Shown: positions 14,340 to 28,324, counted from the whole stretch's first letter. The stretch: DNA of 63,424 bases, filler included, from Octopus bimaculoides (GCF_001194135.2; 9 parts of 9 records of this genome joined end to end with filler, not necessarily neighbours in it); one strand, 5' to 3'. The notes: generated by a model from the letters alone, not told the origin. Numbers and translations: made by a program.

Positions 14340-14880
14340 CTCCGATTACCACCAGCAAGTTCCTTCTCAGTCTACGATGTATAAACATTCATTCAGAGCA
14401 GTCCCTTCCACCCAAGATCACCTTTCAGGTCATGTTGACACGCTCACCTGTCTTTCAGCAAATTAACTTGGAGACAGCACACCTGTGGAGTTTATTTGGA
14501 AACAGATAGAGTGTCTCAATTGCATTACCAGGCCAAGTATTTTTAACCTTTTGCATGGCAATGTCACCGAGGAGCCATATCCGTTTTATCACTGAACTGT
14601 AAGTCTTCAGAAAGACTCTGCTTACTCAATCCCCACCATCAGCCGGACTATATCCCACATTCTTTTATATCGTTTTGTAACAATGTCACTTTCAATCGTA
14701 CGTTCTTATGAAGTATGAGGTGGGGTAGTCACTTCGACATAGTTACAGCTGAATAAGAACCCTGTTGGATAAATGATGCAGAAATGCATGTCCTACAGTC
14801 CGATGACGTCATTCATAGCCCAGTGGTGTGTTTTCCATACGCATTGTCTGTAAGGAGAATTTCTCTGCAAAGACGGTTTT
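14340..14880 (-). mobile_element. Degenerate RTE apurinic-endonuclease fragment
   Basis: Minus strand LLGDIAMQKV resembles the APE LLGDFNA motif; many stops and frameshifts. Confidence 0.35.
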
Positions 14881-16418
14881 CGTAGCATGTTTCCGTATGA
14901 ATGTACACAAATATGTTAGATATAATTGTACACACCTATATTTCATTCATCGCTGTTTAGTGGCCTCTAAATAAAGTAAAGATTACCGTCATCATCACAA
15001 GAATCAAATTTTTTGTAAAGAACTGCGTAATAAATAAGCGACAAAAAAGTAAATATGTGTGCTCTTTGCATCTTTGCCCTAATTCCTTAGTTTTAAATTC
15101 AAACTTCTAATACCACCAAATATAATGAAGAAATACTTATCTCCCTTGTATTATCTGTTCACTAGGAGACATCACATGTATGTTCATAATTTCTTTACTT
15201 ATATAGGCCAGGGTTGACTTTGCACGTGCATGTACTGGGCTGGTTGAGATTTTCTGAGGAAGACTAATAGTTACTTATACATGCAAGTCTTACCTCAAAA
15301 CGCCACCGATGTTTACTCAGGAGAAAGACTGCCGACTTGGACCGACACAGCTTGGCACCAGTGTAGTCGCAAGCGTTGCTATCAGAAAGCAAAAGACTGG
15401 AACAAATACCGCAAGGCATCTTGTTCGACCTTCTAACAGTTTTACAAAACCACCACTCTGGTGGTCTTACAAGTTCGCCAAGATCTACATAACAAAAAAA
15501 GTAGCTGTATGCACACCACTGCTATCAATATAGCTGTGAAGGCTATCACTTTTGTATTTGGCCCATCAAGCCTTAGTAATACTCTTCTTCCAAAGTCATT
15601 TGAGGGTTGACCCGCTTGGTTTTGATGATAGCTAAGGAGCTTGAAATGCACCCATCAGTTCATCGGAGGCGTTCTGAAATTACTATTGGTGATTTATCAT
15701 CTGTTGCCTCAAAGAAAAAGTTTTCTGGAAGATAAGCCAGAGTGAAAATAGCGTTTTTGCCAGTCAAATATGTCCCAAACATATTTGAACCGATCTAAAA
15801 GGTTGTTTATTCAACAACACTGTTTCATGTGCCGACTTTATAATTCTGCTTTTAGTTTCCGCTGGTTCTTTCGTTTGCAATCGAACTATCCCACCTCAGC
15901 TTTGTAATAAATATCAACCAATAATCTTGTAATATTTTCATTTCGACCGAATCATTTCAAAATTTATTGATTTGACACATCTATATTATCCTGCATAATA
16001 ATCTATCTAGGTGTCTTTCTTTCTTTTTTTCTTCCTTCTTTCTTTCTCTCTTTGATTCACACCTATGAACGCCATGGCCAAACATTTATATTCTCTTGAG
16101 AACAAACGAATGGTTCATAATCTGATTTAGTAAAATCACGCGCGCGCGCGCAATACACAATACATTTATACACACACATATATTTATATATATGTATATA
16201 TGCACACATATGTGTGTATGTATAGACACACACACACATACACATATAAACATATATATATATATGTGCATAATATATGCAATCGCAGATACACATACAT
16301 ACACAGACACAAAACACACACACACACACACACACATACACACACACACNNNNNNNNNNNNNNNNNNNNNNNNNNNNNGTTTTTATTGGCTAAACTGGCA
16401 ATATGACCATCCCCAAGT

Positions 16419-16457
<39 letters not shown>

Positions 16458-16559
16458 TATATATGTATGCACACACACACATATACATATATATACGCAC
16501 ATATATTTCAGATATCTTGGCGTGCTATGAGAAGAAGATATATGATATCTACCTCTCGC

Positions 16560-16965
16560 AGCAGACCAACACATCTTATGCTGTAAAGCTATTGTTATGC
16601 TGATGTAATGAATGTGGTCCGCATGAATATTATGCGCATACCAAAGTAACTCCTCTATATCGAGCTTGCAACAGAGAAAGATAACAACAGGGCACCAGAA
16701 AAAGCGCTACAAGTATAACTTGTAAATAATATTTGAAACCTATGAACATTGACTAAGAACGAACCTCGAGGCAGCTTGCTCAGAACACATCCCTATGATG
16801 TACCAGCATCGTTAAAGGCGCAAAACTTCCAGAAGAAACCATAAAGGAATTCTGCAAAGTCCAGTCAACCAGAAGGAAGTCACAAACGAAATGTGCCCTA
16901 CATGCAGCCGATATTTCAGAGTCAGAATCGACTTCATCAATCAATGTACATGTAAATCCCAATCA
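16560..16965 (+). mobile_element. RTE-BovB-type LINE C-terminus with zinc finger
   Basis: VVRMN..RIPK*LLY.ELAT...GHQKKRYK...CPTCSRYFRVRIDFINQC, broken by frameshifts. Confidence 0.8.
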
Positions 16966-16992
16966 ACCGTGTAGCTTACTCAGTCTTCATTA

Positions 16993-17150
16993 ATCACCGC
17001 TGGACCTGAGTTCAAATTCCACCGAGGGCTACTTTGCTTTTCAGCCTTTCAAATTAGATAAAACAAGTACCAATTGAGCACTGAGGTCGATATAATCGAC
17101 TAGCCCCATCCTCCTCCAATATTTCAGGCCATGTGCCTACTGCAGAGAGA
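16993..17150 (+). mobile_element. SINE family B, partial
   Basis: ctgagttcaaattccaccgagggctactttgcttttcagcctttc...aagtacc...gtcgatataatcgac. Confidence 0.75.
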
Positions 17151-17214
17151 ATGGACAACTACGTTGTTATGTTAACGTGATGCTGTTTATTATGTTGATA
17201 TTGATATTCTGTTA

Positions 17215-17577
17215 TCTGTTTCAGTCATTGAGCTGAGATTATGCTGGGGCCCTGCATTGGGGAATTAGTCGAAGAAATCGGCCCCAGTACATTTTTTTAG
17301 GTCAGGTATTTATTCTTTTGGTCGCTTTTACTGAACTACTATGTTACGGGGATATAAACAAACCAACACCGTTTATCAAACAGTAGGAGGGAGGACACAC
17401 ACAATGACACACACACACACATTTGCGGCGGTCTTCCACACGGTTCGTCGACCAAATTCACTTACAAGGCACTGGTCACTCCGGGGCTATAGTAGAAGGT
17501 GCCACTCACTAGGACTGAACCCGAAAACACATGGTTTCAAGACGGGCTTCTTAACCACACAACTCTGCTGTGCCTAT
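17215..17577 (-). mobile_element. SINE family A, diverged
   Basis: ttcagtcattgagctgag...ggctatagtagaagg...cacatggtttc...accacacaactctgctgtgcct. Confidence 0.7.
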
Positions 17578-17579
17578 AT

Positions 17580-17730
17580 ATTGGTTTCAAATTTTAGCAC
17601 AAAAGTAGCAATTTCGGGGCTAGGGACTAGTTGACTACATCGAACCCGAAAAGATGAAAGGCAAATCGACCTCGGCTTGGACAAAATGTCGCTAAGCATT
17701 TTTCCCGGCGTACAAACGATTCTGCTGCCC
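17580..17730 (-). mobile_element. SINE family B, partial
   Basis: tttcaaattttagcacaa...gatgaaaggcaaatcgacctcggc...gctaagcatttttcccggcg. Confidence 0.7.
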
Positions 17731-17884
17731 TCCTACGACTATTGCTTTGTTAATGTAATATCCTTTGTATTTTGATATTATGTTGATATTATAAAGACAG
17801 GCGCAGTATGGCCGAGTGATAAAGAAATTCGCTTCGCAGCTACAAAGTACGAGTTCGATTCCATTGTGTGACACCTTCGGCAAG

Positions 17885-18270
17885 TGACATTTTCTATACC
17901 CTTATCTAGTCAGGAACTTCCTTGTCTTTCTGTCTAAGCTGTTTAATTCGTCTACAGTCCATGCGATTACCTCTGCTCCATATCTAAGAAGTGAAACCGC
18001 CTAGGTGTTGATAGCGTCAATCTTATTCCGTCCGTTTAATTTCGACTTAAGGATCAGTCTCAGTCTGCGCAAGTACTCCACCTTAAATTTTTCTGTCATT
18101 TCTTTCTCCATCAATTTATCCATTTCCAATATCCCAAAGTACTTATAGCCTGTCTCTTCAATCTGTTTCCCCGACGGTATCGCTAGCCCGTTCATACATT
18201 TGATTTTGCCTCTCTTCAAGACTAACACATCACACTTTTTCAGTCCGAACTCCATTCTGATATCAGTACT
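17885..18270 (-). mobile_element. R4/Dong-clade LINE RT fragment
   Basis: MEFGLKKCDVLVLKRGK...YKYFGILE...EYLRRLRLILKSKLNGRNKIDAINT*AVSLLRYG; overlaps in sequence with 35720-35850. Confidence 0.85.
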
Positions 18271-18298
18271 GAAAAGAATATATATATGTAGTGAAACT

Positions 18299-18398
18299 NN
18301 NNNNNNNNNNNNNNNNNNNNNNNNNNNNNNNNNNNNNNNNNNTTAATTAATTAANNNNNNNNNNNNNNNNNNNNNNNNNNNNNNNNNNNNNNNNNNNN
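18299..18398. other. Assembly gap pad N-TTAATTAATTAA-N (also at about 27210, 32593, 43461, 50171, 52868, 59432 and 61399)
   Basis: The identical 12-mer sits centred in N runs and carries stops in all six frames. Confidence 0.95.
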
Positions 18399-19291
18399 TT
18401 TACACTCACTTCCGTATAAATATTTTGTAAGTAATTTGATGTAATTAACAACCGCCTTAGCTCGACTGATACGTTGCCTTCGATTGACATTGAGTTTTAG
18501 GTATCTGGTCCGCCTGAACACTAATTATCTTTATCTATTATACAACTCTTGCATATCATTACCCATTATACATACATATTTCTGTGTATATGTACATGTA
18601 TGTACATACTTACATCTACCTGTATATATAGATGCATATCTGAGTACAGGACATTGCAAACAAGACGTAGACAAAATGATAAACAAGTACAGAAAACACA
18701 CAGGCCACATAGAGAACATTTCCTTCATCAGCTGCCACCATTCAACATTGGCGTTTCGATGAGTTAGGGCAGGACGCATCGTCAAAATGGCTCTTCCCAC
18801 GGACCACAAATTAAATTTAAATTAAATTTAATTCAAATTAAATTTGTAACGTGGAGGAATATAGTGGCGGACAGAAAACAAAACAGGAAAACGAAACAGT
18901 GAGAACAAATGAGAAGGCTATACGGCCAGACGTGAAAAAAATATGTGTATGCTGAACGCTGTAAAGCAACGAACTGGAAGGGAGACGAAGAAGGTTCGTG
19001 CCAGCTTCGCGAAAGCGAAGATATGAAAGAACGATAAGTAGCCGGACACGTGACCAGCGAAGGGTAAGGAGAAAGAGTGGTAGAGGGAGAAAAAAAGGGA
19101 GTTGAAGTAGAAGATAGGGAGAAAGAGATATAGTAGAGAAGGAGAGAGGCGAAGAACAACAGATGGAAGAACGAGAGGGGGGAAGATACAAAGGTAGGTA
19201 GAGTCGCGTCAGAAAAATAAAGTTTAAAACTTATGTATATATATATATGTATATGTATGTATATATACATATATATCTATACATAAATATG

Positions 19292-19380
<89 letters not shown>

Positions 19381-19429
19381 CCCCACACACACATTATAAC
19401 AAATAAGGAGAGTGAAGTGAGCAAGTCAT

Positions 19430-20010
19430 TTTACTATTCCAGTTTACAATTGCTTCATTTTAATCGAAACAGTTGATCTTACATCATTATGTAATAATGC
19501 ATGCAAATATTGATTACTTTTCATGTGGAATTCCAGCTAACACATGTTGAAGAAGACACTTCTAAATTGTGCATGTAATAGTAAGCGTAAATTCACTTAA
19601 AGAACACTGAATATGTATAATATGCAGGACTCCATTCGTGATGTTTATGTCTATTCAATGTTCTTTGAGTGAATTTCAATATATTATTTGATACACAATT
19701 CAGAAGAATGTTATTCAGCATGTGCTATTAGTATTAATCTCAATGGTATATGGAAAGTAACCAACAGTTGCAGGTATTATTATATATTGTTGCAAGATTG
19801 ATTGTTTGAATTAAGATGAAACAGTTGTAATTTGGGATAGTAAAATGACTTGCTTATTCCATTCTTATTTGTGATTTTAAAAATTACTTTGGAGAATTGT
19901 GGACTTTCAGGCATTTATTTGGAAGAAGAAACTACCACTTATTTACAACTTTGTCTCATTCATATCCATGGGTGAGCTTAATTCGGTAAACATCAAGGTT
20001 AAACACCCCA
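19430..20010 (+). pseudogene. Possible decayed TLR-like remnant (LRR and TIR-like fragments)
   Basis: Fragments LQLLHFNRNS, QLTHVEEDTS, YLEEETTTYLQLCLIH and GELNSVNI resemble LRR and TIR box 1-2 (LE...YKLCLH.RDF.PG..I..NI); multiple stops and frameshifts. Confidence 0.35.
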
Positions 20011-20122
20011 ATAAAATTATATATACATACATACAAACATATGAGCGTGTGTGTGTGTGTATGTGCGTGTCTTATATATATATTATGTGTGTGTGTATGT
20101 ATGTATAGAAGCACAAACAATA

Positions 20123-20158
<36 letters not shown>

Positions 20159-20173
20159 TATACATACATACAT

Positions 20174-20212
<39 letters not shown>

Positions 20213-22356
20213 CACTCACGTAATCACATGGACACACGCACATTCATGCAAATACATATACGCTAACATCACACACACTTACATACGCAAAACTAATAAA
20301 CACCTCTTCGTTCACACCTTCTCGTCGTCGTCCTCCTTCCCCTCCCCTCCGCCTCTTCTCCTCAATGTCTCTTGACACATACAACTGATAGGTTTACTTC
20401 TCCTATTTCACGTCATTCCAATGAATATAGCACATAACCATACCCACTCCCCAACAATATACCGACACCCCAACCTTTCCCCACCGTGAACTTTGCTCCC
20501 TTACACCTCTCTCTCTCTCTCTCTTACTCTCTTCCTCTTTCTCACTTCTTCACTTCCTATCTTCCCTTCACTCTTCTCATTACCCTCTCAACATCATTTT
20601 GTCTTCTCTTTCCTTCTTTCTTTCCATCTAGCACACTTTTTCTCACGGTCATCTCTCTCTCACTCTCTCTCTTTCTCTCTCTCTCTCTCACCTACAATCA
20701 CATAACACATGCACATACATATGCACACGTACACTCACACACACACATAGTATCATACATACGTTTATACGTATATGTATATATATATNNNNNNNNNNGG
20801 GGAAGACATGGGTGGAGTGTGGGGTAGAGGTAGGGATATATATATATATATATACTTGCATACATACACGCACGCACACATATGTATGTATAAATACACG
20901 TCCATATGTATCTGTTTGAATATTTATATGCCTGTGTGCGTGTTTTCCTGTATATTATGTGTAAGAAGACGCCAGTAAACGCTTAGAATGTGTATACATA
21001 CATACAGGCATACACACACAACGCACACGCGCACATACACACACACACCAACACGCACACACATATACATATATACATGCATATATTACATATTATACAT
21101 ATATACATATATTGTGTATTATACATATATACATGCATACATACATACATATATTATATATATATGTATATAGTATGAAATATATATATATTACATATTA
21201 TATGTGTGTGTATATATAATATATGGAGGTGACACATTGGTGTGAAATACAATTATGCAAAAGAAACTAGCAGACATCACTATTCGTACAGTGGAATAAT
21301 ATTTGCTAAAATCTGAGTTCGAATGAATCAACACCTGATGTTTCGTAATCCGATCCTCAGGCAACTTCATATGTACGAAGCTTTCTTACACTTTTGTGCG
21401 TATGTATGATCAATCAATAAAAACAAGAACAAATCACAAGGGATTTGATTTTTTTCACAGAGGTGTAATTAATTTCATGCTTGAAGGGAAAACGGGTGAA
21501 GACAGCGGTCCTTGACGTTTTGGACATGGAGTTATTCATCAGAGAAAGAAGACAAAAGAGAAGAGTGGTGGAAAGGAGGGAAGAGAGAAAGGAAAAGTCG
21601 TTAGGGGCTGAGTGGGGATGTAATTTTATGAGAAGTTAAGAAAAGAGGAAGAGGCGAGAGGTTGTGGGCATATAAAGGAGAGTATCCATGTAAGATGGGC
21701 ATTGGCTGGAGGTGAGCGGTATGGATTTCAGGTGGTTAGCTAGGAAGACTGGATTTGAGTGGGATATGAATATGGTATCGGTAAGAGGGGAAACAGAAAA
21801 AATGAGGGGAACAGTGTGTTGAGATTAAGAAGATTAAGAAAAGTACAGGTGGAGGAAAAGTTACAAAGTGGATAAAGGTGGAAGAATAAGTGGAAATAGA
21901 AATATATAAAAACGAAGTTAAACGTAAGAGAAGGTAAAAAGGCACTGAGAAGGAGAAGAGAATGGTTAAGAAAAATATGTATAAAACACGTGATTATTGA
22001 AAAGGGGCAGTTACAAAAAGGAGAGATAACTGTGAAAAGGATATACGTGAAGTAAAGAAACGTGAAGAGGAAAGTATTTTGACAAAAAAACAGGCGCAAA
22101 GAAAATAATTTTCTTTAAGAGTGAATCAATAAAATGATATAGAAAAAATTATGGTAAAAGCAGAGAGGATTGGAAAAGATAGGTTAAAAAACAATAATTA
22201 TATAAAGACCATCTCGAATTTGCGGCAAGAAATCACAAGTAAAACAGATGTAAATGGGAAATCACTCTGAAATAATTAATCGGTTTTTGAGACGAGAGAA
22301 TAGCGTTTAAAAAAGATTTAGCTGCTATTTCTAGCTGGTGGAAAGATTGTGTAAAG

Positions 22357-22690
22357 CAAAGGTTCTCAATGGTTTTCTTTTTATCTATAGACCCCTTTGA
22401 TTACTGTTTTTTTTTTCTGGTGGACCCCCATAGCCATTCGATATTTAAAATTCCTATTTTGTTCTAACATTAACTTGTGTAGGCTAAACTGTGTAAAATG
22501 TTAGAGAAAGAATCCTAGCTGTTTCTCGCAATATATATCAATACATATGTCCAAAGCAAAAGTTTTTCAGGCACCCTTGATATACTATTGTGGGTCCCCA
22601 ATTTACTGTTCTGTTGCGTGGATCCCCCTCCTAAAAAAGAATGTTATATGAACCCTCAAGAGCCATATGGACCTCGGTTGAGAACCACAG
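22357..22690. mobile_element. hAT-type MITE
   Basis: Imperfect TIRs caaaggttctcaa / ttgagaaccacag (Charlie-like CAGTGGTTCTCAA). Confidence 0.65.
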
Positions 22691-22980
22691 GTGTAGGGAG
22701 TTGTCTGGTTAGGTTGTGCTGACACACACAAGAATGTACAGAATTCTACAGAAAAGCTACACGGTGAGTGTAGACTCCAATTTTGAGACGTAATCAATTA
22801 ACCATTGTATGTTAGAGTAAGTAGAATGGTTTGTTAACAAGATAGAAATATGGTATATCTGGATCTATGGATATGAGGATTGTACCCTTGTGGCTCTACC
22901 GACTATCTTACGAACTTTGCTATCAGGCTCGGCCTGTGGTTAAACAGTAACAACAAAATAGCAAACAGCCTAAATAAGTG

Positions 22981-23198
22981 CGAAGGGTGCTGAAAAGTTC
23001 CTGGTTTTGGGTAAAAGAAAATGCAAAAAGGATCAGTTAATTATGATCTTATTCAATATATTCACCTCTTAGATTCACACACTTATTGCAGTGGTCCCTC
23101 AGTTTTTTCTAAGCCCTGCAAAAGAACTGGGAACGTTTGGCCTCCAACCAAGCCTTTTGTGACGCTCCTAGAGTCAGGAACTTTTCAGCACCCCTACG
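22981..23198. mobile_element. Mariner-type MITE
   Basis: TIRs cgaagggtgctgaaaagttcctg / caggaacttttcagcacccctacg, followed by TA. Confidence 0.8.
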
Positions 23199-24152
23199 TA
23201 TATGACCATGATGCAATATTATTAAAACCATCAGTTTAACTACAACCTCACCATCAAACTACAGCGTCTCCGTCGCAGTCTTTAAGCACCATCACATTAG
23301 CACCATCTGCACTACAAGTAAATAAAGTTGCGTTATACTGTCACTGAACCGGCTAGAAATAGCAGTTATACATATATAACATATTTCTCTGTCGCTTGAT
23401 TTTGGTAATAATAAAAACAATGGATGGACAGTTTACATTAATAGTGGGAAATCACTCTACGTCTGAACAGATTGGATGGTCACGTTCCTCCTATTCCATC
23501 TGGGCTGAATAACTAGATTGACCAAATGGGGGAAAACTTTTCTAGCGTCATCATCAGCGTCTTTACTTTTACAATCTCCTACCAAATCTCTCTCTCTCNN
23601 NNNNNNNNNNNNNNNNNNNNNNNNNNNNNNNNNNNNNNNNNNNNNNNNNNNNNNNNNNNNNNNNNNNNNNNNNNNNNNNNNNNNNNNNNNNNNNNNNNNN
23701 NNNNNNNNNNNNNNNNNNNNNNNNNNNNNNNNNNNNNNNNNNNNNNNNNNNNNNNNNNNNNNNNNNNNNNNNNNNNNNNNNNNNNNNNNNNNNNNNNNNN
23801 NNNNNNNNNNNNNNNNNNNNNNNNNNNNNNNNNNNNNNNNNNNNNNNNNNNNNNNNNNNNNNNNNNNNNNNNNNNNNNNNNNNNNNNNNNNNNNNNNNNN
23901 NNNNNNNNNNNNNNNNNNNNNNNNNNNNNNNNNNNNNNNNNNNNNNNNNNNNNNNNNNNNNNNNNNNNNNNNNNNNNNNNNNNNNNNNNNNNNNNNNNNN
24001 NNNNNNNNNNNNNNNNNNNNNNNNNNNNNNNNNNNNNNNNNNNNNGCAGAAATATCCAGGGATCGGATCCAGTGTTCCAAAGGGAAAAGATCCCCGTTGA
24101 GTTGTGTGTTCTTTCCATGAAAAAAGACAAAATGGTCGCTGCAGGAATGTCT

Positions 24153-24382
24153 TTAACCCTTTTTGCATACAGATTATTCTGTCAAAGGCTATGCATATTT
24201 ATTCACATTGTTTTGAATTCCTTATGTATTATCTCATAGCTTTGAGATTTCACTGATGTAACTACTTATCTTTAGAATGACATTGACGAGTAAGTGTGAG
24301 AGGCCGGATCTGGTTAGCTTGAACATAAAACAGATAGAATATTTGAGCCTAATATGGTTGGTTTAAATGCTAAATGGTTTAA
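24153..24382. mobile_element. piggyBac-type MITE
   Basis: TTAA-ccct...atgg-tTTAA termini; a partial inverted copy lies at about 29905-30010. Confidence 0.65.
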
Positions 24383-24449
24383 TGTGGTTACAGAGGTGTA
24401 CACGACCAAGGTTGATCTGAGACTCAAGGACAACTAAAACAGCCGTAGC

Positions 24450-25281
24450 AACAACAACAACCGCTCTCATACCATCGAAACCATATCCAGTGTAATACTA
24501 CCATCAACGCACCATCATCGTCTTAACACTACGACCAACGCAGACGACAGAGCACTCCTTTACTGTAACCGAAACCTTACAAAACATATCAACAACCGGT
24601 GATATCACCACCACCAACAACAACAGCACTGCCACCAAACCACCGCCACCACTATGACACCATTTCTTAAGCAAACTATATCACAACCTCCAACATCTAT
24701 CAGCACCACCACCACCACCACCACTACCACAGCCACCACTATCACCACTACCCCCACCACCACCGCCGCTACATCCTTATCAGCTTTACCGAGACAGGCA
24801 CCATGCCACTCTCTTAAATATACTTCTGCCCCTACCACACCCTCCTATCGTACTTTGATCGCCACAACACCACTATCGTTGCTACTACTACTACTGCTGC
24901 TTCTAGCCACACCCTTAGTTTACCCCCTCCTCCTCCCTTACCAGCCGTCAACCAGAAGTTCTATCAGAATAGCTACCACCACCACCACCACCACCACGAC
25001 CACGGCACTCTCACTACCACCACGACGGTTGTCTATCAGGTACTACCGCAACACAGACTACGACGACAATCACCACCACCACCTAAAACAACAACAATAC
25101 CAGCACCACCTGTAACCGCCATCACCAAATGAGACGGCTGGTCGACTGTATATCTACAACAACAACGGCGACGACAATAACAGCTACATCACCACCACTA
25201 CTACTACAACCGCCACAACAGTCACGTCACCACAAACTCCCTCAAAAAATAAAGAGAGCCTAAAGTAATTAGACTACTACC
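24450..25281. repeat. (ACC/ACT/ACA)n-rich degenerate trinucleotide region
   Basis: Runs of accacc, actact and acaaca; these explain the Thr-rich ORF 24654..25115. Confidence 0.8.
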
Positions 25282-26949
25282 NNNNNNNNNNNNNNNNNNN
25301 NNNNNNNNNNNNNNNNNNNNNNNNNNNNNNNNNNNNNNNNNNNNNNNNNNNNNNNNNNNNNNNNNNNNNNNNNNNNNNNNNNNNNNNNNNNNNNNNNNNN
25401 NNNNNNNNNNNNNNNNNNNNNNNNNNNNNNNNNNNNNNNNNNNNNNNNNNNNNNNNNNNNNNNNNNNNNNNNNNNNNNNNNNNNNNNNNNNNNNNNNNNN
25501 NNNNNNNNNNNNNNNNNNNNNNNNNNNNNNNNNNNNNNNNNNNNNNNNNNNNNNNNNNNNNNNNNNNNNNNNNNNNNNNNNNNNNNNNNNNNNNNNNNNN
25601 NNNNNNNNNNNNNNNNNNNNNNNNNNNNNNNNNNNNNNNNNNNNNNNNNNNNNNNNNNNNNNNNNNNNNNNNNNNNNNNNNNNNNNNNNNNNNNNNNNNN
25701 NNNNNNNNNNNNNNNNNNNNNNNNNNNNNNNNNNNNNNNNNNNNNNNNNNNNNNNNNNNNNNNNNNNNNNNNNNNNNNNNNNNNNNNNNNNNNNNNNNNN
25801 NNNNNNNNNNNNNNNNNNNNNNNNNNNNNNNNNNNNNNNNNNNNNNNNNNNNNNNNNNNNNNNNNNNNNNNNNNNNNNNNNNNNNNNNNNNNNNNNNNNN
25901 NNNNNNNNNNNNNNNNNNNNNNNNNNNNNNNNNNNNNNNNNNNNNNNNNNNNNNNNNNNNNNNNNNNNNNNNNNNNNNNNNNNNNNNNNNNNNNNNNNNN
26001 NNNNNNNNNNNNNNNNNNNNNNNNNNNNNNNNNNNNNNNNNNNNNNNNNNNNNNNNNNNNNNNNNNNNNNNNNNNNNNNNNNNNNNNNNNNNNNNNNNNN
26101 NNNNNNNNNNNNNNNNNNNNNNNNNNNNNNNNNNNNNNNNNNNNNNNNNNNNNNNNNNNNNNNNNNNNNNNCATACACACACTACCTTACTTCTTTTCGT
26201 AATTCTTTTCTCTCTTACTCTCTCTTTCTTTTTTTAGTAATGCGTCTCTCTTACTCTCACACACACGCACTCTCATACTTCTTTTAGAAATGCTTCTCTC
26301 ACTCTCTCTTTCTCTCTTACTCCCTTACTTCCTTACCTCCTTTAGTAATACTTCTCTCTCTGTCTCTCTCTCTTACTCCTTTATTTCTTTTAGTAATACT
26401 TTACTCTCATATCCCTTTCTACCCCCTCTCTCTCTGACTCCCTTCGTCTAGTAATGCTTCTCTCATTTTTTTCTTTACTCCCTCACTTTTGGTAGTAATA
26501 CTTTTTTCTCTTTCTCTTTTTCTGTTGCTCCCTTACTTCCTCTAGTAATGTTTCTCTCTCTCCCTCTCACTTCCCCCCTCTCTCTCTCTCTATCACTCCC
26601 GCACTTCTATTTCTGTCCCTTACATCGCACTCCTTCAGTCTCCATTACATCTTTTCTTTCTTAACATTTCCCTCTTTCATGTACTCTATTCTTCTCTGTT
26701 TCCTAATCGCTATTTCTAAACATTTCTTTCTCTCTTTCTCTACATCACTTACTCAATCTTTCATTTTCTTTCTGGCTGTCCTCCGTTTCTTTCTCAATTT
26801 CTTTCTCTTTCTTTCTTCCTTCGTTTCTTCCTTCGTTCTCTCTTTCTTAATTCCTTTCTTTGTATCTGTCTTCCTTCGTTTCTGGCTTTCTCCTCTGTTC
26901 CTTCTTTTTGTTTTTCGTTCTTCATTCGCAAGCTGGAAGAAGCGCTTAA

Positions 26950-27050
26950 ATGCCGACCGACATTTCATCCATCCTTACGTTCTGAGTTCAAATTCCGCCG
27001 AGGTCGACCTTGCTTTCTCCTTTTGGGGTCGATAAAATAAGTACTCGCTA
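26950..27050 (+). mobile_element. SINE family B, partial
   Basis: ttacgttctgagttcaaattccgccgaggtcgaccttgc...ggggtcgataaaataagtac. Confidence 0.8.
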
Positions 27051-28324
27051 CTTACCACACAGCTATTCCTACGCCTATAATCGGAAAATATTATTTTCTT
27101 TTTACGATCATTTTCCGTTTGATTTTGGTAGAGTATTAACATTATTTTGCAATTTTCTACATCTTTCTTCTCAAGAGTCTCCGACATAATTACATTACAA
27201 TAGTGTATANNNNNNNNNNNNNNNNNNNNNNNNNNNNNNNNNNNNNNNNNNNNTTAATTAATTAANNNNNNNNNNNNNNNNNNNNNNNNNNNNNNNNNNN
27301 NNNNNNNNNAAAAGATATAAGAATAACGTAAGAAAATAAAATAAATAAAAGAATAAGAAGTAAGATGCAAGAAATAGAACATCTAGTATAAAATTTTATA
27401 CACGAATATATATATTATTTCAACCCCATAACATACAAAGAAATTACGAATAATAAATTTGATTTAAAGGTATAAATACAATACACATATATATCATTTC
27501 ATAGAAGTTCCGAATCAAGTTGAAGTTAAAATTAATACGATTAAAAATTGCAAATATATAAATATAGATCGATATAAAATAAGATGAAGAAATGAGGTAC
27601 AATAAAGTATTCAATCGGTTAAAACTCAATGAGAAAACTTTAAAATGATTTAACACTATTTAGAGTTAAAATATAAAGTTCTGTACTTCCCTTCGGGTAT
27701 ATTTTATTATTAAAAACCCAGTAGACATCAATAGGTAAGTCCGTATCAGTGAACGATCTAAGAAAGACATTTTTAATATCCTATTGTATATTGAGAGTTA
27801 TTTCCCTTTATTTATAGCTTACGACGTTGAGGCTTCCAGTTGATCCGATTGCGCCTCCACTTGCTTAGAGTAAACCGGAGTTTCTCAAACTTTTTGAGCC
27901 GACGCCTACCTCATGGATACATAATATCCGTTTGTCCCCTCTGTGTGTAGCCCCTTGTGGGCAGTAAAGAAAATAAGAAACACTTTGTCCAGTATATTCT
28001 TCTTTAAGGTGATAAGGTATGGACTGTGGTCGATTTGGCTACTATTTCTAGCAGATTTATTATCCACTACAAAGAAATCCCTTTACTGGTTTGTCTCCGT
28101 TGTTGTTAGAGATTAACTTTTGAAATAAAGATAAATTTTAAAATGTTCATTTGTTGTTGTATGTCTAAGCACCTCAAACTTTTTGAGCCGTCGCCTACCT
28201 CATGGCTACATAATATCCTCAAAGGTCTTGATTTCTAGTAGTGCAGCAGCGTAGATGGTACAAGAAGAGCCTCCTGCAACAAAGGTCTGTATAAAAAGGT
28301 AATGTTATGAGTCGTGTACGAAAG

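Noticed and set aside
18343-18354. Recurrent TTAATTAATTAA motif, 8 copies
   Set aside because: Always centred in N runs; it is an assembler gap pad, not biology.
18640-18845. Repeat with CTGATGA on minus (related copy about 59150-59280)
   Set aside because: GAAAC lies upstream without a closable NUH site; kept only as an unclassified dispersed repeat.
21315-21370. Minus-strand CUGAGGA...GAAAC motif
   Set aside because: Stem II base is mismatched and the GUC site is incomplete; at best a heavily decayed Penelope relic.
24654-25115. Mucin-like Thr-rich ORF
   Set aside because: It arises from trinucleotide microsatellite sequence; no splice or start evidence.
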